From Pseudobdellovibrionaceae bacterium (GTDB lineage: Bacteria; Bdellovibrionota; Bdellovibrionia; Bdellovibrionales; Bdellovibrionaceae), in NCBI GenBank assembly GCA_044359815.1, contig JBIKLL010000027.1:1-29811 (forward strand): a stretch of DNA of 29,811 nucleotides. The letters run 5' to 3'. The stretch's first letter is position 1. Each line of letters opens with the position of its first letter. Below are positions 25,765 through 29,811 of the stretch, piece by piece. The position numbers were made by a program, and so were the translations under genes. The notes below the pieces were generated by a model that was not told the DNA's origin, searched no databases, and was given only the letters and a program-made list of their open reading frames with translations.

Positions 25765-27459
25765 TTATCTGGCAGCTAAGGTTTGATCCAATTGTGGCCA
25801 CCGTTTTGGAGTCATACCTGGCGGCAAGAAAAACACTGAATTGGTCCAAACACCCTTGTTGGATTTTCCATTGGCATCTTTACCTGACCAGGCCAAGTAT
25901 CTTTCAGGTTGAGTCCTGATGTCCCTGCCTTGAGGAGCACCATTGTCGACAATGATAAAACCATTGTAACCACCAACAAAATAAATGTGGCCCGGTGAAG
26001 TGGCTTTTTGTGTTGCCATAATTGCACCCACTGGTGGGATGAACTCATCGGCAGTCCATGGTATCCATCCGGCAATTGCCAAGCTTTCTGTTAAACCTTG
26101 AACACTAGAGCCATTTCGATTGATCGTGTGTCCACGATTGTCTTTGTAACTGTATAACCATTTAAGTGGGTTTCGTTTGTCTTCATTAAAATCTTCTCGG
26201 TAATCATAGCCGGCTCTAAAATAAGCTTGGCGAACGACTTCAGAAACAAATTCAGCACAAGGTGTTTTTTTGAAATACCTTTCGGCAACGCCCTTGACCG
26301 CTACACTGTGAGCACCATATTTACCAACGGTACCAAACTTGAGCAGAGCAGAAACCCGTTCAGCTAATTGCTTTGGATCCAAGATCATATATTGTTTGGG
26401 TGTAGAGACCTCTCGATTCACAGCGACTGAGATTTCTGAAAATACCTTTTCAAATTTAGTTCTTTCATCAGCACGCAATCTGTCGTTAGGAATGTTAATT
26501 AAATGACCAAAGACAGCTCGATTTTTTAACATGGCTTTAGCTGGATATTTTGGTCTGCCATTGGATTCAAAATATTTGGTCCAAGATCTAGACAGAATTT
26601 CCTCACTGTCCTTCAATGCAATTGCAGAATAATGTCCACTGGAGCCTCGGTCAGCCATGATTTCGGCACTAATATAAATGAAGCCTGACAGCGAAAGAAT
26701 TTGGCTCAATTGTTCGGGTGTCAATTTGTCTAAATAACTCTTAGGTAATTTTGTGATGTTTACGGGTCCAACAAATCCTTTATTGATTGTGACAGTTTCA
26801 TCTATTGAAAAATTTTGTACTTTTGCTTTTGAAGAATAACTGATGACGGCTGTTTTAGGTAAAATCAAAGCTTTTGAAAGCTTCCCATTTTGAAGCACGT
26901 AAACATTGGTATTGCTGGGTAAAACCAGCGTCATCGAGGCAATCTGGGCCAAATCATCCTCGGTGTCGTCCTCGAAAGTTCTCGCGGCAGGAGCTTTTGG
27001 GGCTGGAGCTGCTGGAGCTACTGCAGGAGTTGGTTGAGTAGGTTTAAATCTTGGCTTGGGAACGGGCTCAGCTGACCGCTGTCCAGAAGTGAAGTCAGGA
27101 ACTTGGATCTGTGGACCAGCTTGGGGCTGAGTTTTTTGAGATTTCGTGCCTTGAGCCGGAGCCGGTGGTTTCATTGGAGTTGGTAATTGCTGAATTTCCC
27201 CAGGAGGCTTGGGTGCTAAAGTAGGAGTTTTTCCCTGTTGAGTCTGATTCTTGGATTTTGATTTGTCGTTATTTTGAGGCTGTGATCTTTCCAAAGATTT
27301 TGGGATTCTGGTTTCCTTGACTGGGGATTCGGCCTCGGAATTGTCTTTCTGAGAATTTTGAAATTCCATGGCCTCTTCGTTGGGTTCTGGCTCTGAATTG
27401 CAAGCGGTCGCTAATGTGCTGACCATTAAAAATAAAATTAACTTTACATTTAAAGACAT
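25765..27459 (-). CDS. Lipoprotein with Pro/Gln-rich linker and C-terminal papain-like (NlpC/P60-CHAP-like) Cys-His domain
   Basis: Start reassigned to ATG 27459 (GGGGG RBS; LATAC lipobox); long P/Q/A linker; CAEFVSEV...PPVGAI...GHIYFV...IVDNG. Confidence 0.7.
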   Translation of the reverse strand: MSLNVKLILFLMVSTLATACNSEPEPNEEAMEFQNSQKDNSEAESPVKETRIPKSLERSQPQNNDKSKSKNQTQQGKTPTLAPKPPGEIQQLPTPMKPPAPAQGTKSQKTQPQAGPQIQVPDFTSGQRSAEPVPKPRFKPTQPTPAVAPAAPAPKAPAARTFEDDTEDDLAQIASMTLVLPSNTNVYVLQNGKLSKALILPKTAVISYSSKAKVQNFSIDETVTINKGFVGPVNITKLPKSYLDKLTPEQLSQILSLSGFIYISAEIMADRGSSGHYSAIALKDSEEILSRSWTKYFESNGRPKYPAKAMLKNRAVFGHLINIPNDRLRADERTKFEKVFSEISVAVNREVSTPKQYMILDPKQLAERVSALLKFGTVGKYGAHSVAVKGVAERYFKKTPCAEFVSEVVRQAYFRAGYDYREDFNEDKRNPLKWLYSYKDNRGHTINRNGSSVQGLTESLAIAGWIPWTADEFIPPVGAIMATQKATSPGHIYFVGGYNGFIIVDNGAPQGRDIRTQPERYLAWSGKDANGKSNKGVWTNSVFFLPPGMTPKRWPQLDQTLAAR

Positions 27460-27591
27460 TAGATACCCCCAAAGTCTTATAAACTGCGATTTTGGATTAA
27501 GGGGTTTGAAATCACAACTTTTCTGCAGGCATTCAGGATTCAATAGAAAAGAAGTTTCGGTAAAGGCCAATTTTTGTGATGGCAAAATTAC

Positions 27592-27948
27592 TTAGTACGA
27601 GCGAAAAACGGCAGCGTGTAAAGTTGCAATCGTAAGGAGTAATAAAATAAGCAGAAAATTTTTAATGCTCAGAGAAGTTCTTTTAATCAACACAAAAAAT
27701 CCTACCCACAAAAACCACAGCAAAATTTTGACACTGATCCAGTTGGGAATTCCTATATTGAGTTGTGATAAAAGCATAAAGCCTGTCACTAATAAAATCA
27801 GCAAACCAGTCCCATGAAAAACAGAAGAAATAATTTTAAATTGCTTGGTGGGAACAATGGATAACCTGTGAGTAAAATATGAAAATGCGATTCCTGCTAT
27901 TAGCAGTGCAAAACCGATCAGATGTAAAAAATTAAACCAAAGATTCAT
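27592..27948 (-). CDS. Small 4-TM membrane protein
   Basis: [19 protein letters not shown] and WISVKILLW segments; ATGA overlap with lpxD. Confidence 0.75.
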   Translation of the reverse strand: MNLWFNFLHLIGFALLIAGIAFSYFTHRLSIVPTKQFKIISSVFHGTGLLILLVTGFMLLSQLNIGIPNWISVKILLWFLWVGFFVLIKRTSLSIKNFLLILLLLTIATLHAAVFRSY

Positions 27949-29009
27949 TTCTGAGATCCCTCGGGCTTGTCCGAAAGACCTAATTTTTGTTTGAGTTCTT
28001 TTACATCCATACGGATTTCGTGCAAAAACTTAATTGCCTGCAGATTTTTGATGCCTGTTCTGTAAGGCTCAAGTGGAAAGCCAGTGTAAACGCCTGGTTC
28101 GCGAACGTCCGAGGTCACAGCCGAGCGGCCCCCCAGAGTCACGTTGTCAGTGATGTTAACGTGATCAGAAATGGCAACAGTTCCACCAACAGTGAGATGT
28201 TTTCCGGTTTTACTGGTGCCAGCAATAAAAAATCCACCGGCCAAAAGGTTATGCTCACCGACATCCACATTGTGTGCAAAATGACTATGGTCATCGACCT
28301 TGGTGCCTTTTCTGATGCGGGTTTCAAAAAGCATGGCTCTATCAACTGTGCAATTGGCTCCGAGGCTGACGTTGTCTTCGATCACCACATTGCCAACTTG
28401 GGGGATTTTTGTGTGCTCGCTGCCTTGAATATATCCAAATCCATCAGACCCTATTGAGGTGTTGTTAAATATTTCGCAGTGACTGCCGATCTGTGTGTGA
28501 TGCCCAACGAAGGCAAAAGAATGAATCCTGGTGTAGCTACCAATTTTGCATTTTGCTGAAACAACCACATGATGAGCAATCTGAGCAAAATCATCAATGA
28601 CTGTGTTGTCGCCGATAAACGAAAAAGCTCCTACGGTCACACCTTTACCCAATTGAGCTGACTCTGAAACCACCGCTGTAGGATGGATTTTTGTGCAAAA
28701 ATCTAAATTTTTTTGATCAAACAGGGTCAGTGCCAGGGTCATAGCCCTTTGGCAGTCAGAGACCTTAATGATCAATTGTGCAGCATCTGGTTGGTATTCA
28801 AAACGATCAGATGAAACAATGATGGCAGTTTTTTGTGTGAGCTGGTCTTTGTGGTTATTCTGTCCTATGAAAACAATACTTTTAAGGTCAGCGCCCTCGG
28901 GGGGTCTGGGATATTGACAGGTTGTATTGGCATCTCCGGTTGAATTGACAACTAAAGAACCCAAAGTTTTTAAGATTTGATGGCCAGAAATTGAATTATT
29001 TGACGACAT
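27945..29009 (-). CDS. lpxD: UDP-3-O-(3-hydroxyacyl)glucosamine N-acyltransferase
   Basis: Hexapeptide repeats; [34 protein letters not shown]; likely start ATG 29009. Confidence 0.93.
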   Translation of the reverse strand: MSSNNSISGHQILKTLGSLVVNSTGDANTTCQYPRPPEGADLKSIVFIGQNNHKDQLTQKTAIIVSSDRFEYQPDAAQLIIKVSDCQRAMTLALTLFDQKNLDFCTKIHPTAVVSESAQLGKGVTVGAFSFIGDNTVIDDFAQIAHHVVVSAKCKIGSYTRIHSFAFVGHHTQIGSHCEIFNNTSIGSDGFGYIQGSEHTKIPQVGNVVIEDNVSLGANCTVDRAMLFETRIRKGTKVDDHSHFAHNVDVGEHNLLAGGFFIAGTSKTGKHLTVGGTVAISDHVNITDNVTLGGRSAVTSDVREPGVYTGFPLEPYRTGIKNLQAIKFLHEIRMDVKELKQKLGLSDKPEGSQK

Positions 29010-29118
29010 AGCTGATTTTGCTCTTACCGCTGTGCAAAATTCAAACGCAAAAAGTTGCCGCATCGTCTTATTAGAAGCTATACCAATACCTTATTTAAAT
29101 GTGAGTTAGGAGAATTTG

Positions 29119-29661
29119 ATGGCTAAATCGAATGCGAAGGCTGAAAAGAAAGACGCCAAAGCAAAAAAGGCAGCTCCAAAGGCTGCAAAACCCGTGGCAA
29201 AAGCTGCCCCTAAAAAGGACACCTCAAAGGCTGATGCAGCTGCAGAAAAGGCCCGATTAAAGGCAAAGGCTGCAGAACAAAAGGCGGCTGAAAAGGCTAA
29301 GGCTCAAGAGGAAAAAGAACAGAAAAAAGCTGAGCAAGCTGTTCAAAAGGCTAAGCAAAAAGAAGAAGCCCAGGTTTTGAAAAAACAAAAAGCTGTTGAG
29401 GCAAAGGCTGCCAAGGAAAAAGCTGCCCAGGACAAGATCACATCCGAAGAAACTAAAAAATGGCAAGAGTACAAAGACAAACATGGCAGCCAAAAGGCAC
29501 AGACCTATTTGATGTCAGGAACTTTTGAGGCCCAACAGCCCTTGCAACATAAGGTCTTAGGTTGGGGATTCATTCTGACAAATAATAACGACCGCTTAGA
29601 AGTGCTGTTTGAAGGTGGTTTAAAAACTCTTATCAGCAATTACAAATCTACGAACTCATAA
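29119..29661 (+). CDS. Lys/Ala/Glu-rich protein with C-terminal Tudor/SH3-like domain
   Basis: AGGAG RBS; AKKAAPKAAKP low-complexity N-terminus and coiled coil; LQHKVLGWGFI...LEVLFEGGLKTL resembles the H-x-x-F-G-x-G Tudor-like domain of PcrA/UvrD. Confidence 0.75.
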   Translation: MAKSNAKAEKKDAKAKKAAPKAAKPVAKAAPKKDTSKADAAAEKARLKAKAAEQKAAEKAKAQEEKEQKKAEQAVQKAKQKEEAQVLKKQKAVEAKAAKEKAAQDKITSEETKKWQEYKDKHGSQKAQTYLMSGTFEAQQPLQHKVLGWGFILTNNNDRLEVLFEGGLKTLISNYKSTNS

Positions 29662-29674
29662 AATCAGGAGAACG

Positions 29675-29811
29675 ATGGCAAAGGATGATTTAGCCCAATT
29701 AGAAGGAAAAATTGTAGATGCTCTGGCTGGCGGAATTTACAAAGTTAAGCTGGAAAACGAAGTCGAAATACAGGCTAAGCTTTGCGGAAAAATGCGCAGA
29801 TTTAATATTAG
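29675..29811 (+). CDS. infA: Translation initiation factor IF-1 (runs off the right edge)
   Basis: Not in the ORF track; translated by hand: MAKDDLAQLEGKIVDALAGGIYKVKLENEVEIQAKLCGKMRRFNI; AGGAG RBS. Confidence 0.95.
   Translation, partial: MAKDDLAQLEGKIVDALAGGIYKVKLENEVEIQAKLCGKMRRFNI

Overview
AT-rich bacterial chromosome segment. The gene content points to a Bdellovibrionota (predatory Bdellovibrio-like) genome; this is inference from the Agl/Glt-like cluster, orphan FliG-like protein, FQNC lipoprotein and sigma28-like promoters. The left part (1-6511, minus strand) is an Agl/Glt-type proton-motor operon: ExbB/AglR, two ExbD, a large TPR protein, a CglF/GltF-like protein, a GltG/PglI-like TonB-domain protein and an Ig-like lipoprotein, preceded by a sigma54-like promoter. 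The middle (6.7-19.1 kb) is accessory and mostly exported: a FliG-like protein, a His-rich beta-propeller plus His-rich partner, a VWA lipoprotein, an orphan ABC peptide-binding protein, a histidine pseudokinase coupled to a glycine-rich tail-fibre-like lipoprotein, and a signal-peptide-bearing 2OG-Fe(II)-like enzyme sharing a CExxF motif with its neighbour. The right part is largely housekeeping: tRNA-Pro(UGG), rpsR, rpmB, a displaced rplX, a Nit1-like amidase, ETF-QO, rlmL, lpxD and infA, plus a lipoprotein with a papain-like Cys-His amidase domain and a Lys/Ala-rich Tudor-like protein. No mobile element, integrase or CRISPR array was seen. All family calls come from motif recognition by eye, not database searches.
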